Shown here: positions 11,310 through 20,479 of the stretch, in pieces | How positions within the stretch are numbered: position 1 is the stretch's first letter | Layout of the letters: the number at the start of each line of letters is the position of its first letter | Source: Candidatus Latescibacterota bacterium | GTDB taxonomy: Bacteria > Latescibacterota > UBA2968 > UBA8231 | Reading direction: 5' to 3' | DNA: 64,000 nt | Assembly: GCA_965197905.1 (NCBI GenBank) | Contig: CBDAOB010000004.1 | Coordinates: 2,016,001 to 2,080,000 of the forward strand | Program-made: the position numbers and the translations under genes | Notes under the pieces: generated by a model | The model's database searches: none | What the model was told of the DNA's origin: nothing | Seen by the model: only the letters and a program-made list of their open reading frames with translations

Positions 11310-12725
11310 TCAGTTCGACTCCCCGGCTTCCACGGGGTGGTCGCTGTCTTCGATTACCCGCATGGACTTCCACGCCCCCGATCTAAATCTCAAGTAGAAT
11401 ACGATGCCCGCCGCGACGATGTAGGCGCACATGAGTGTCCACAACGTCCAGACTCCCACGTCGAAGAGTGCGACCCCAACAACAGCGGGAATGAGCATCA
11501 CTAACCAGCTCAAGCCGATTGAGCCCAACATCACGTAGCGCGTATCACCGGCCCCTTTCAAGGCAGATGTAAACACGATATACATGCCGTCGAAAACGCA
11601 GTACACTGCGACGATTCGCAACAGTCCCTCGGCCAGGTTTTGAGCGGCCACAAAATCCTCCCCGTGTGCGCGAAAGCCGTACGGCATCAAGAACAGCGCG
11701 GGCACGCACAAGTACAAAAGAGCCATCGTGCCCATATAACCCAGGGCAAGGTGCATGCCAGACCACGTGCAATATTCGGCCTTGTCGGGAAAATTCTCAC
11801 CCAGATGCTGTCCGACCAGGGTAGACACGGCGATGCCGCATCCAATCAACGGCATGAATGCCAGGCTGTTGACGTTGAATGCCATGTTGGTCGCCGCCAG
11901 TTCGACCGTGCCCAGTCGTCCCACTATGAGAATGAAGAAGGAGAACGCCATGACATCGAGCATGAAGTTTACACCGCTTGGGACACCGAACCTCAGCATC
12001 CGGCGAAAGAGTTCCCCATCGAATCTCCACTGGCTCAGAGTGCCGAACTCCTCACGGTTTTGGCGTTGTAGGATTAGCAGTCCTAACAACAGCGCCGAGA
12101 ACGCAGCGGCCAGGTTGGTGGCCCAGGCCGCCCCACGGATCCCCATCGCGGGGAATCCCCAATGGCCGAAGATGAGGGCATAGTCGAGTCCGATATTTAT
12201 GCCGGTAGCGGAGGCGTTTACAATCAAAACAACCCACGTCTTACTCTGGCCGCTGTAAAAGCAGGACAGCACAGTTGCCAGGACAATGGGGCCTGTTCCG
12301 AAACAAAGGATACGAAAGTAGGCGACCTCCTCGGCGCGAATCGCGGGATCGTGGCCGATGAGGTCAAATAGCGGCCGGGCAAGTGGGAGCAAACCGAGAG
12401 CGGCGATTCCTGCTCCCCAGGAGAGATGCGTGCCCTGCCAGATGGAGGCACCGACGCGGTCGCGCCGTCGAGCTCCTACATACTGTGCGACAAAAACGTT
12501 TACGTATCCGGCAAGCCCCAAGAAGAAACTCACAAACACAAAGTTGCTTATCCCTGCCGGGAGTGCGGCGGCCATCGATTGAGTGGAATGCCAAGTCAGG
12601 AACACCCGATCGACGAAATGCTGAATGCTCCAGCTGGCGGTACTGAGAATCAGCGGCAAAGCGAGGGCGAGGAAATCTCGGTATCCTCCGACACTGCCCC
12701 ACCGGTCGCGCACGCTTGCAAGCAC
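11310..12725 (-). CDS. MATE family efflux transporter (start uncertain, GTG 12725 chosen)
   Basis: About 12 TM segments; LALPL, VAQYVGA, NIGLDYALIFG...GIRGAAWAT and ALKGAGDT. Confidence 0.9.
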   Translation of the reverse strand: MLASVRDRWGSVGGYRDFLALALPLILSTASWSIQHFVDRVFLTWHSTQSMAAALPAGISNFVFVSFFLGLAGYVNVFVAQYVGARRRDRVGASIWQGTHLSWGAGIAALGLLPLARPLFDLIGHDPAIRAEEVAYFRILCFGTGPIVLATVLSCFYSGQSKTWVVLIVNASATGINIGLDYALIFGHWGFPAMGIRGAAWATNLAAAFSALLLGLLILQRQNREEFGTLSQWRFDGELFRRMLRFGVPSGVNFMLDVMAFSFFILIVGRLGTVELAATNMAFNVNSLAFMPLIGCGIAVSTLVGQHLGENFPDKAEYCTWSGMHLALGYMGTMALLYLCVPALFLMPYGFRAHGEDFVAAQNLAEGLLRIVAVYCVFDGMYIVFTSALKGAGDTRYVMLGSIGLSWLVMLIPAVVGVALFDVGVWTLWTLMCAYIVAAGIVFYLRFRSGAWKSMRVIEDSDHPVEAGESN

Positions 12726-12901
12726 TTTGATTACGGCTCCAGGCTCGTTGTGAGTGGATTGAAAACGGTAGAAACATTTCGATGGCCGCGAGCTTTGAGA
12801 CGGTCCAGACACCGCAGACGAGGGCCACGTCGGCACCGTCTGCGCGGACGTGTTTGGCGATGCGATCGCTGCTGTCGATTGTGAGTGACAAACGGTTTAC
12901 G

Positions 12902-13650
12902 GTGCGCCGTGCTAAGGCGCACATCTTCAGTGGGTGCGAATCCCACCCGGCAAGGGTCGCTCCAGCCGGTAGCAATCGGAGCAGTGGTGGAGGCGACGAA
13001 GCCGCTGAAGCCTCCGGTGTAGAGGGTCGCCTTGGGCGACTTGGCGAGCACACAGGCCGTAACGTGAGTAAACGCTGAGCAGGCCTCGAAAAGTGTAATG
13101 CGGAAGCCGACCTGCCCGTAAACCAGGGAAGGCCGCTGCAGCTGGGGAAGTCGAGCGACAAGCGCACCCAGCTGTTCCGCCGGGGTAGTGGCGACAGCAT
13201 GTGTGTAAGAGGAGATGTGGCGCAACACGGGAAGCCTCATCCGGTGGAAGCAGCGAGTGCCTCCAACCGGTAACCCGCGAGGGCCAGACTGGGCTGGATG
13301 AGGTGGCGGACAGGCGCGTAGTACCGAGGAAGCCGGGTAACTCCGGTGGAGGGAAGGGGCCTGACTTCGGACATGCTGCGGAAGTGCAGAGGGTTGGAGA
13401 GTGGCGTGAGCCTATTGCCTCCAGCAGTAAGACTAGTATGCATCGGAAGCAGCTTGACTACCAGGTGAAGTCCTTGTGGCGTGTGCCTGGATGTGACGTT
13501 CGTCGGGAAGCCGGATGCGGGAGATCCGCACGTCCGGTTTGAGGCGGCGGGAACTGGAAACGTAGCGATGGGAGTCGGACTGAGGGCTATGGCGAAAGCC
13601 ATGGGGAACCCACCGAACCCTAAGGCTGGCGCGCCAGTTCTCGACCCTAC
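12902..13650 (+). mobile_element. ORF-less group II intron (IIB-like ribozyme), 749 nt
   Basis: Starts GTGCG. Domain V AAGCCGGATGCGGGAGATCCGCACGTCCGGTTTG at 13508-13541 has the AGC triad and AC bulge. Domain VI has a bulged A at 13644 and ends CCCTAC. EBS1 CGTAAAC (13117-13123) is complementary to the flanking GTTTACG. No RT ORF. Confidence 0.93.
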
Positions 13651-13654
13651 CCCA

Positions 13655-13682
13655 TTGATCAGAGCATCGGATGGATTAATAT
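13655..13682 (+). promoter_or_regulatory. Possible sigma70 promoter for the methyltransferase, just downstream of the intron
   Basis: TTGATC-N16-TAATAT. Confidence 0.4.
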
Positions 13683-13724
13683 TAGCGACAGGCGGCTCCG
13701 AATAACTCTCTATTAGAAGAAAGC

Positions 13725-14360
13725 ATGTCAAAGAAAACCAAAACCGTTAAGAAAACGCAAAGAAAAGCGTTCGGTATTACCGTTCTCAAAGCAGCGGACA
13801 AAAGAATCCGAAGTCTAAAAAGCGAATACGAACCGTTCGTTCACGGCGGCAAGTTTTGGAACTCCAGCTGGCTGATCATGGACTTCCTGAAACGTCAAGG
13901 TGTTCCGCAGAACAGCCGGGTAATCGAGGTCGGATGTGGGTGGGGTCTGGCTTCCATATACTGCGCCAAGAATCACGAGGCAAGAGTGACCGGCGTCGAT
14001 ATGGATTCGGCCGTATTTCCCTATCTCAAGCTGCACGCGGAAGTCAACGATGTACGGGTCAAAACCGAGCGTATGAAGTTTCAGGATCTCAGAAAGAAGA
14101 CGCTGTCCAAATTCGACCTCATGATCGGTGCGGACGTATGCTTCTGGGACGAGTTGGTGGACCCCCTGTACAAATTGATTCGACGAGGCGTCAAAGCCGA
14201 CGTTCAACAGATCATTGTCGCCGACCCGGGACGCCCACCGTTTCTAAAGGTCTGCGACCGCTGTTGTGACAAGCTTGGCGGGATAACGAAGGACTGGGAA
14301 ATCTCAGGATCGGTTCGAGCCAGCGGCACCCTCCTGATCGTGGGGTCTCTACCGCACTGA
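13725..14360 (+). CDS. Class I SAM-dependent methyltransferase (Methyltransf_16/METTL21-like)
   Basis: GGKFWNSS, VIEVGCGWGL, GADVCFW and DPGR. Confidence 0.8.
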   Translation: MSKKTKTVKKTQRKAFGITVLKAADKRIRSLKSEYEPFVHGGKFWNSSWLIMDFLKRQGVPQNSRVIEVGCGWGLASIYCAKNHEARVTGVDMDSAVFPYLKLHAEVNDVRVKTERMKFQDLRKKTLSKFDLMIGADVCFWDELVDPLYKLIRRGVKADVQQIIVADPGRPPFLKVCDRCCDKLGGITKDWEISGSVRASGTLLIVGSLPH

Positions 14361-14379
14361 GGGCAGTCACCGGTCTGAT

Positions 14380-15372
14380 TCAAAATCGGTTTACCTTGTC
14401 GACGATGTTCAGCAAGGTTTCGCCCTTCACGAGTTTCTTGCAGTTTTCGATCAATAGTGCGAGGCGGCGTTGGTCGATATCCCGGCCGGCCGCCGCCACG
14501 TGAGGGGTCATCAGGAAATTCGGCGCTTGCCACAATGGGTGATCGCTCGGAAGAGGTTCCTCCTCGAAGACGTCCAGCGCTGCGCCCCCAATAAACCCTT
14601 CTTTCAAAGCAACTACGAGGTCTTGCAGTTTTACGCTGGTCCCGCGACCAATGTTGACGAAGATAGCCGAACGTTTCATCAGCTTGAAACGATCCAGGTC
14701 GAAAAGCCCTTCTGTTGAGGGAGTCTGAGGTGCAGTCATGATTACGAAGTCGGCATGGGGCAAATGGTCGTTTAATCGCTCGGGGCGGACGAGTTCGTCA
14801 ACACCATCTGGCGTTTCGGGCACTCGCGGGTCGACTCCGGTCACCATCATGCCGAAATGTTTGCAGTGAGCTGCCGTGGCCGCTCCGATGCCTCCCACGC
14901 CTATAATCAGAGCTTGCGCTCCTGGAAGATTGGCCAGCTTTCCTTTCTCAAGCTGGGGAACCCAACGCCCGCGAAACTGTTCCGGTAGATAGTGGTGCAG
15001 CCCTCTCGAAAACGCCAAAACGAACGACATGATGTGTTCGCTAATGCAGTCGTTGAATATTCCCCTCATATTGGTTACGATCACCGAGCTGGATACCAAC
15101 TCGGGGAAATAGAATTCGGGAGAAGGTCCCGCTTGTGGGCAGGCAAGCCATTTCAACCGGCCGGCCGATTCGAGGAGTTCGGCATCCATCACGCCGAATG
15201 CTCCTATGGCAATCGGAAGCGCATCGAGCGCCTCCTGACGAGTTTCGCATATCTGTATTTCGAGCTCGGAAACCTCTTCGCCTATCGCCGCGGACCAAGC
15301 CCGTTCTCGCCCGGTTGCTGGTGGTAGGAATACGAATCTCAAACTCGACTTGCCCCTTTCGTCGGTTGTCAT
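14380..15372 (-). CDS. D-2-hydroxyacid dehydrogenase
   Basis: IGVGGIG, VNIGRG, ALDVFEEEPLP and TPHVA. Confidence 0.92.
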   Translation of the reverse strand: MTTDERGKSSLRFVFLPPATGRERAWSAAIGEEVSELEIQICETRQEALDALPIAIGAFGVMDAELLESAGRLKWLACPQAGPSPEFYFPELVSSSVIVTNMRGIFNDCISEHIMSFVLAFSRGLHHYLPEQFRGRWVPQLEKGKLANLPGAQALIIGVGGIGAATAAHCKHFGMMVTGVDPRVPETPDGVDELVRPERLNDHLPHADFVIMTAPQTPSTEGLFDLDRFKLMKRSAIFVNIGRGTSVKLQDLVVALKEGFIGGAALDVFEEEPLPSDHPLWQAPNFLMTPHVAAAGRDIDQRRLALLIENCKKLVKGETLLNIVDKVNRF

Positions 15373-15441
15373 TGATCACGCAATATAGGGTCTCCTACGG
15401 GTCGCAACAATTTATGTTCCCCGGTTCCTATTCGAGGGTCC

Positions 15442-17499
15442 GTGCCCGCTAGTCGATTCGCAGCCGCATTGGTCCTCGCACTCGGGATAGCAGCAGTTTT
15501 GCGGTTTGCTGCATTGTTATGGGGAACACCTGCCCACCATCCCGACGAATTCAATCTCGTTTATTGGCCGCTCTACTTTTTTAGTGGCGACCTGAATCCG
15601 CAACACACCGTTACTGCATTCTACCCCGCTCTGCAGTATTACCTTCTGGGGTTTCTCTACGCCGTCTATTTCCTACTGCTAAATCTCCGAGGAGTGCCGT
15701 GGACAATCGACGAGCATGTTGCCCACGGGTTTTTCTGGGGCGCAGACGATTTGCTTTCGCTCGCGCGCTGGACGAGCGCCGTTTTCGGTGTAGGCACGGT
15801 GTTGGTTGTTGCCCTGATCGCCAGGGGGCTGTATGGGCGCAAGGCCGCCGCGATCGCCGGCATGTTGATGGCGCTTTGTTCGATCCACGTCCGCCAAAGT
15901 CCCCTGGCAGCGGTAGACGTTCCCATGACCTTCTGGTACGTGGGTGCGATGTGGGCCAGCGTACAGTTGTTCCACAACGGCGCAAGGAGCCTCTACCTCC
16001 TTGCGGGGGGTCTGGTCGGTCTGGCAGCCGCCACCAAATATCCCGGTGCCCTCGCAGGCGCTGGTGTTTTTGCCGCCCATGCAATGGCGCGACGCAGTTT
16101 TGCGGATCGCCGCATCTTGCTGTCCGCCTTCGCTGCCTTGGGCATGTTCTTCCTCGCGTCCCCTTACACCATCCTCGATTACGGTGTGTTTCTCGACCAT
16201 TTCCAGAGGGAACTTTCGCACCTTCGCGGGGGACACGGTCAGGACCTGGGACTGGGTTGGTGGTACCACTTGAAGGTTAGCATCCGGTACGCATTCGGGT
16301 GGGTGGGCCTGCTTATATTTGGGGGGGTGGTCGTCGGCGCCGTTCGGCGCCGGCACCCTTCGTGGATTCTCTTGGCGGCCTTCGCCAGCTACTACCTGGT
16401 CATGGGGTCCGGCCAGGCCGTGTTTGTGCGTTACGCCTTGCCCCTGATCGCCTTGCAGGCGGTGCTTATATCCGGATGGCTGGGAAGTATCCGCAGCCGG
16501 TGCTGGCAAATGGCTGCCATTCTTCTGACCCTCGCTGAGCCGGCGTACGCTTCGACCAGGGTCTCCCAGCTGTTGAGTGCGACGGATACCCGACTACAGG
16601 CGAGTGCTTGGTTGGATCAGCATGTGTCTTCGGGAACGGCCTGTTGCAACTTTGGTGGATGGGCGGGCGATCCGGCGCCGGTCACGGTGCAAGACCTATG
16701 GTGGAAGATCCGCCATTTCGAACGAGGATTTGGGCAGCGGCAACTGGACGAAATGGTTCCGTTTCTTATGGGCACGCTTGACCGACCCGTCTTCAACTTC
16801 GTCGTCGGGCACGATAAATTACAAGATGCGTACGGCGACATGAGCGTGGTGGACAAATTTCGGTGTGAGTACGTTCTGCTGCATCGACATCCCCTCGTTT
16901 ATTCATTTGTCGATTCAAGCTTTGCTGAGCAACTCAAGTCCGCCGCATTTCGAGTTGCCCGTTTCGAGCCCCCTGGTTTGAGCCGATCCAGGCCGACTTA
17001 CGATCCGATCGACGGATACTACGTTCCGATCGCCCATTTTGGTGCGCTGCGGTGTCCCGGTCCGGACATCGAAATATGGAGAACGAGCGCCAGCGATTTC
17101 CCGTCTGGCCGCGATTCAGCGGAGCGCTCTTTCGCTCGAGCATACGCAAGCGCGGGAGCGATAAGCCTGCAACAGGGTGATCCCGCCGACGCCTTGGAAC
17201 TCGTCCTACGCGGCTTTACCTTGGACAAAACCTACGCGGGCAACTACATGGTCTCGGCACACGCGTATCGAGCATACGGTCAACTCGATCGAGCACGTCA
17301 GCTCTTTGAAAAGGCGCTTGCTATTGTTCCGGATGACCTACACACGCGGCTAGATCTGGGCAACCTGCACATAGCTATGAACAATCCACAACTGGCGGCC
17401 GGCTGTTTCAAACGAATCCTGTCGTCGAATCCGAATCACCCTGACCGACTGCAGTTGCAGCATTTTATCCAGCGGCAGGAGACCAGTTTACCTGACTAG
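15442..17499 (+). CDS. GT-C fold (ArnT/PMT, GT39/83-like) membrane glycosyltransferase with C-terminal TPRs
   Basis: HPDE in the first loop, many TM helices, GLAAATKY, RYALP, DTRLQASAWL and C-terminal TPR-like helices. Confidence 0.75.
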   Translation: MPASRFAAALVLALGIAAVLRFAALLWGTPAHHPDEFNLVYWPLYFFSGDLNPQHTVTAFYPALQYYLLGFLYAVYFLLLNLRGVPWTIDEHVAHGFFWGADDLLSLARWTSAVFGVGTVLVVALIARGLYGRKAAAIAGMLMALCSIHVRQSPLAAVDVPMTFWYVGAMWASVQLFHNGARSLYLLAGGLVGLAAATKYPGALAGAGVFAAHAMARRSFADRRILLSAFAALGMFFLASPYTILDYGVFLDHFQRELSHLRGGHGQDLGLGWWYHLKVSIRYAFGWVGLLIFGGVVVGAVRRRHPSWILLAAFASYYLVMGSGQAVFVRYALPLIALQAVLISGWLGSIRSRCWQMAAILLTLAEPAYASTRVSQLLSATDTRLQASAWLDQHVSSGTACCNFGGWAGDPAPVTVQDLWWKIRHFERGFGQRQLDEMVPFLMGTLDRPVFNFVVGHDKLQDAYGDMSVVDKFRCEYVLLHRHPLVYSFVDSSFAEQLKSAAFRVARFEPPGLSRSRPTYDPIDGYYVPIAHFGALRCPGPDIEIWRTSASDFPSGRDSAERSFARAYASAGAISLQQGDPADALELVLRGFTLDKTYAGNYMVSAHAYRAYGQLDRARQLFEKALAIVPDDLHTRLDLGNLHIAMNNPQLAAGCFKRILSSNPNHPDRLQLQHFIQRQETSLPD

Positions 17500-18027
17500 C
17501 TTGGAGATCTGCTTGAACTCAGGTCTGTCGGCCCGCCCCAGCAACTCGAACAACGCCATTTCGACGGAAGTGATCTCAACACCAGCGCGCTCCATCCTGC
17601 GGAGTCCAACCTTCTTGTTCTCCTGCGTGCGCGAGGCAACCGCGTCCCCAATGACCTCTACGTGATAACCACTTTCCAATAAATGTATCGCTGTTTGATA
17701 TACGCATACGTGTGACTCGAGCCCTACGAGCAGAACCTGCCGGCGACCCGTGGACTCGAGCGCCTCGACGAACTCCTGCAGGCCACAGGCACTAAAGCAA
17801 TTCTTCGGCTGCGGTTCGAATCCTTCCAAGAGCTCTGCCAATTCGGGGATGGTGCTGCCCAACCCCTGTGGATACTGCTCTACCCAGAGAACAGGCAGGT
17901 CGAGAATTCTCGCCCCGCGAACCACGGTCCGCAGTTTGGCCACAAGTGACGTCCTCTCGGCCATTGCGGATACCAGCTTCTCCTGGACATCGACGATCGC
18001 GAGAGCAGTATGGCTCTGGGTAAGCAT
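17488..18027 (-). CDS. Isochorismatase-family hydrolase
   Basis: VDVQEKL, EQYPQGLG, KNCFS and GLESHVCVYQT. Confidence 0.9.
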   Translation of the reverse strand: MLTQSHTALAIVDVQEKLVSAMAERTSLVAKLRTVVRGARILDLPVLWVEQYPQGLGSTIPELAELLEGFEPQPKNCFSACGLQEFVEALESTGRRQVLLVGLESHVCVYQTAIHLLESGYHVEVIGDAVASRTQENKKVGLRRMERAGVEITSVEMALFELLGRADRPEFKQISKLVR

Positions 18028-18030
18028 GGA

Positions 18031-18741
18031 TCAAACTCCTGGGTACCGGTTCAAGAGATCGCGCACAAGAATGAGAAGCATGTCGAAAGGATCCCTCAAT
18101 ATGCATTTCCACACGGAGATCGTTGAACCAGGGGCGTTCCTCCAATGCACCGGAGCAAAGAAAATCTTCAAGCCAAATTTATGGGCCAGGTAAAAGATCT
18201 CCACGTCGATGGTCCCTCCGTCGTTGCGACAGTTTGAAAAAATGAGCTGGGCGGCCTCGCGGGTAAAGGCTTTGAACCCGCACTGACTGTCCGCAACCGC
18301 CTTCTTGAATACGAAAAGGTGTGCGAAAATAAGAAACGTCAATCCCATGATGCGCCGAGCTCGGCTCTCGCCCTCCTGATAGGTGCGCACCCCAACAACC
18401 AAATCGTGACCGCTCTCAAGGCGGGGGATAAATGCTTCGACCTCCTCGATTCTGGTCGCGTGGTCAGCATCCATAAACAAGATGCAGTCCCCCTTAGAGT
18501 CGAGACAGCCTGCCTTTACGGCCGCCCCTTTCCCCATGTTGCGTGGCAAACGCAGCAGCCTCACCGCTGGATGGGGATTGGAAGTTACGAGTTCCCCAGT
18601 GCCATCGGTGCTTCCGTCGTCCACTACCACAAGTTCGAAGGGGTAATCTGCGTGTGCGAGGTATTCCAGCGCATCCCGAATGGTTGCCTCGATTCGATGG
18701 CTCTCGTTATAGGCTGGTATTACGACCGACAACATGGCCAT
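18031..18741 (-). CDS. Polyprenol-phosphate glycosyltransferase (GT2, ALG5/DPM1-like)
   Basis: VVIPAYNE, DDGSTD, NMGKGAAV, DAD and DSQCGFKAF. Confidence 0.85.
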   Translation of the reverse strand: MAMLSVVIPAYNESHRIEATIRDALEYLAHADYPFELVVVDDGSTDGTGELVTSNPHPAVRLLRLPRNMGKGAAVKAGCLDSKGDCILFMDADHATRIEEVEAFIPRLESGHDLVVGVRTYQEGESRARRIMGLTFLIFAHLFVFKKAVADSQCGFKAFTREAAQLIFSNCRNDGGTIDVEIFYLAHKFGLKIFFAPVHWRNAPGSTISVWKCILRDPFDMLLILVRDLLNRYPGV

Positions 18742-19337
18742 TCCTCCACCTTGACACCCCGTAGATAGAAGAAAAAGAGGCCGCGCTCGAATCGTTCGAT
18801 GCGAACGTCGGAACGCTTCAGCAGCTCAAAGATATCTGACCAGTTGCGCAGCCACCAACTGATACAATCCTGCTCTTCGCGGAGCTGGGTGCCGAAACAT
18901 TTGACGGATGGGGGATAGACCGGGATGGGTAGCTGACAGAGCCAGAAAATCAACCGCAGGTAAAACGTGTCGAAGTGATCGATGAGGAACAACCTGCCAT
19001 TTCCTTTTAATACTCTCTTCGATTCCCCGAATAGAAGCTCTAGATTCGACGTCGTACGGAAGTGGTGAAGGGAATGGGTACAGATCACGCGATCGAACGT
19101 AGCCGACGCGAAAGGCAACCGGGTGCCGTCTGCAACGATTCTGGAAAAGTGTTGCGCCGATTTAGTCGGGCGGTACAGATCGAGACCGTAGAGCCCTTGT
19201 GCCCCGGATGCCGACATAAGATCCAGCGCCTCTCCGGACCCGCACGCGATATCCAGTGTTTTGATGCTAGTGGTATCGCCCAGTAAACCGAGACGCCGGA
19301 GCTTTTTTCGGTAGGTGCGCAAACGCCGTCCCACCAA
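18720..19337 (-). CDS. Class I SAM-dependent methyltransferase (true start may be further upstream)
   Basis: LDIACGSG, LPFASATFD, SLHH and RVLKGNG. Confidence 0.8.
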   Translation of the reverse strand: MVGRRLRTYRKKLRRLGLLGDTTSIKTLDIACGSGEALDLMSASGAQGLYGLDLYRPTKSAQHFSRIVADGTRLPFASATFDRVICTHSLHHFRTTSNLELLFGESKRVLKGNGRLFLIDHFDTFYLRLIFWLCQLPIPVYPPSVKCFGTQLREEQDCISWWLRNWSDIFELLKRSDVRIERFERGLFFFYLRGVKVEEWPCCRS

Positions 19338-19451
19338 CGCCTTGCTGTGGTAGGCTCCGAGCCAGGGTTCGGTTTCTGGTTGGTGAGATTTCGGGTGACG
19401 GCTATGGTCGGTCAGGGGTACGCCCTCTCGATGCTGGGGTGGAAGGTGGTG

Positions 19452-20474
19452 TCATAACCATGCTGCTTGTTTCGCCCACTGGACCGCTTGTATCATTCCT
19501 CGCGACAGATCCGTGATTGGACGGTAGCCCAATACCGCCTTCGCTCGCTCGATGCTACATCCCATGTGACGGGCGGCCTCGCCGGCTAGGTGTAGATCCA
19601 TCGCGTACAGATCCAGCCGCGCCAAGAATTCGTCAAGAAAAGCGCATGCTGTGGCCACAAACATGGGGTATCGACGCGGGCGGACGGTAACGCCTTGCGC
19701 CTTGGCAATCTCATCGAATACCTCTCGCCAACGATAGACGGGATCATCGGCGACGAAATAGGTGTTTCCGGCTCCACCGGGAACCGTCAAGGCCAGTCCA
19801 ACACATTGTACCAGATTGTCGATGTACACCGCGCTCACCGCATTCTCTCCATCGCCAAACATGGGGGGGCGCCCGTCTCTCGCAGTCAGAAAGGCTCGAA
19901 GCTGGCGACGGGGAAAACGTGGACCGTAAATTGTAGCAGGCCTGAGCACGACCGCTTCCGTTTCCGTTCCCTCAATCGTTGCCCACACGACCCGTTCGCC
20001 CTCTAGCTTGCTTCTGCCGTAATGACTCTCCGGGTTAGGCGGATCGCTTTCGCGCATGCGATCGGATGCGCTGTGCCCAAAACCGGCTGCGGCATTGCTA
20101 CTGATGTAGACCACACGCCGAGCTCCGGTTTCCGTTGCTACGCGAACTATGTTTTCCGTGCCATCTCTATTTATCGCATAGAGTTCGGAAATCTTCGCTG
20201 GGTGGATTATGCCGGCCGCGTGCAGCACGAGATCGGGATTCGAGCTGAACGCCCGAGCCACCGCGTTTTCATCACGAACGTCTGCGGCGTGGATCTCGGC
20301 CACTCGGTCCGGTAGCCCGCCCTGGGTGACCTGGTCGGGGGCGACCATCACGTGCCAACGATAATCGCGCAGCGAACCCTGCCAGAATGGATCGTCCGCC
20401 GAGTCCAAACGTTGCAGAAAACGATTCGTCAACCAACCCGGAAAGCCCGTCAGCAGCCCCAGCTTACGCGGCAT
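19452..20474 (-). CDS. NAD-dependent epimerase/dehydratase (extended SDR)
   Basis: LTGFPGWL, HAAG, YISS, YGRSK and LRPATIYGP. Confidence 0.85.
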   Translation of the reverse strand: MPRKLGLLTGFPGWLTNRFLQRLDSADDPFWQGSLRDYRWHVMVAPDQVTQGGLPDRVAEIHAADVRDENAVARAFSSNPDLVLHAAGIIHPAKISELYAINRDGTENIVRVATETGARRVVYISSNAAAGFGHSASDRMRESDPPNPESHYGRSKLEGERVVWATIEGTETEAVVLRPATIYGPRFPRRQLRAFLTARDGRPPMFGDGENAVSAVYIDNLVQCVGLALTVPGGAGNTYFVADDPVYRWREVFDEIAKAQGVTVRPRRYPMFVATACAFLDEFLARLDLYAMDLHLAGEAARHMGCSIERAKAVLGYRPITDLSRGMIQAVQWAKQAAWL

Positions 20475-20479
20475 GTCGA

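Noticed and set aside
12748..12896. Imperfect direct repeat TTGTGAGTG...AAACGGT upstream of the intron
   Set aside because: Only two short, gapped copies, which cannot be distinguished from chance.
12364..13731. Several ORFs across the intron region (12364-13200, 13201-13542, 13237-13731)
   Set aside because: They are spurious translations of structured group II intron RNA and contain no RT motifs.
19338..19454. Epimerase TGA stop is in frame with the downstream methyltransferase (possible Sec or readthrough fusion)
   Set aside because: The epimerase domain is complete at the stop, there is no Cys-like context, and no SECIS-like hairpin was seen. An upstream alternative start is the simpler explanation.
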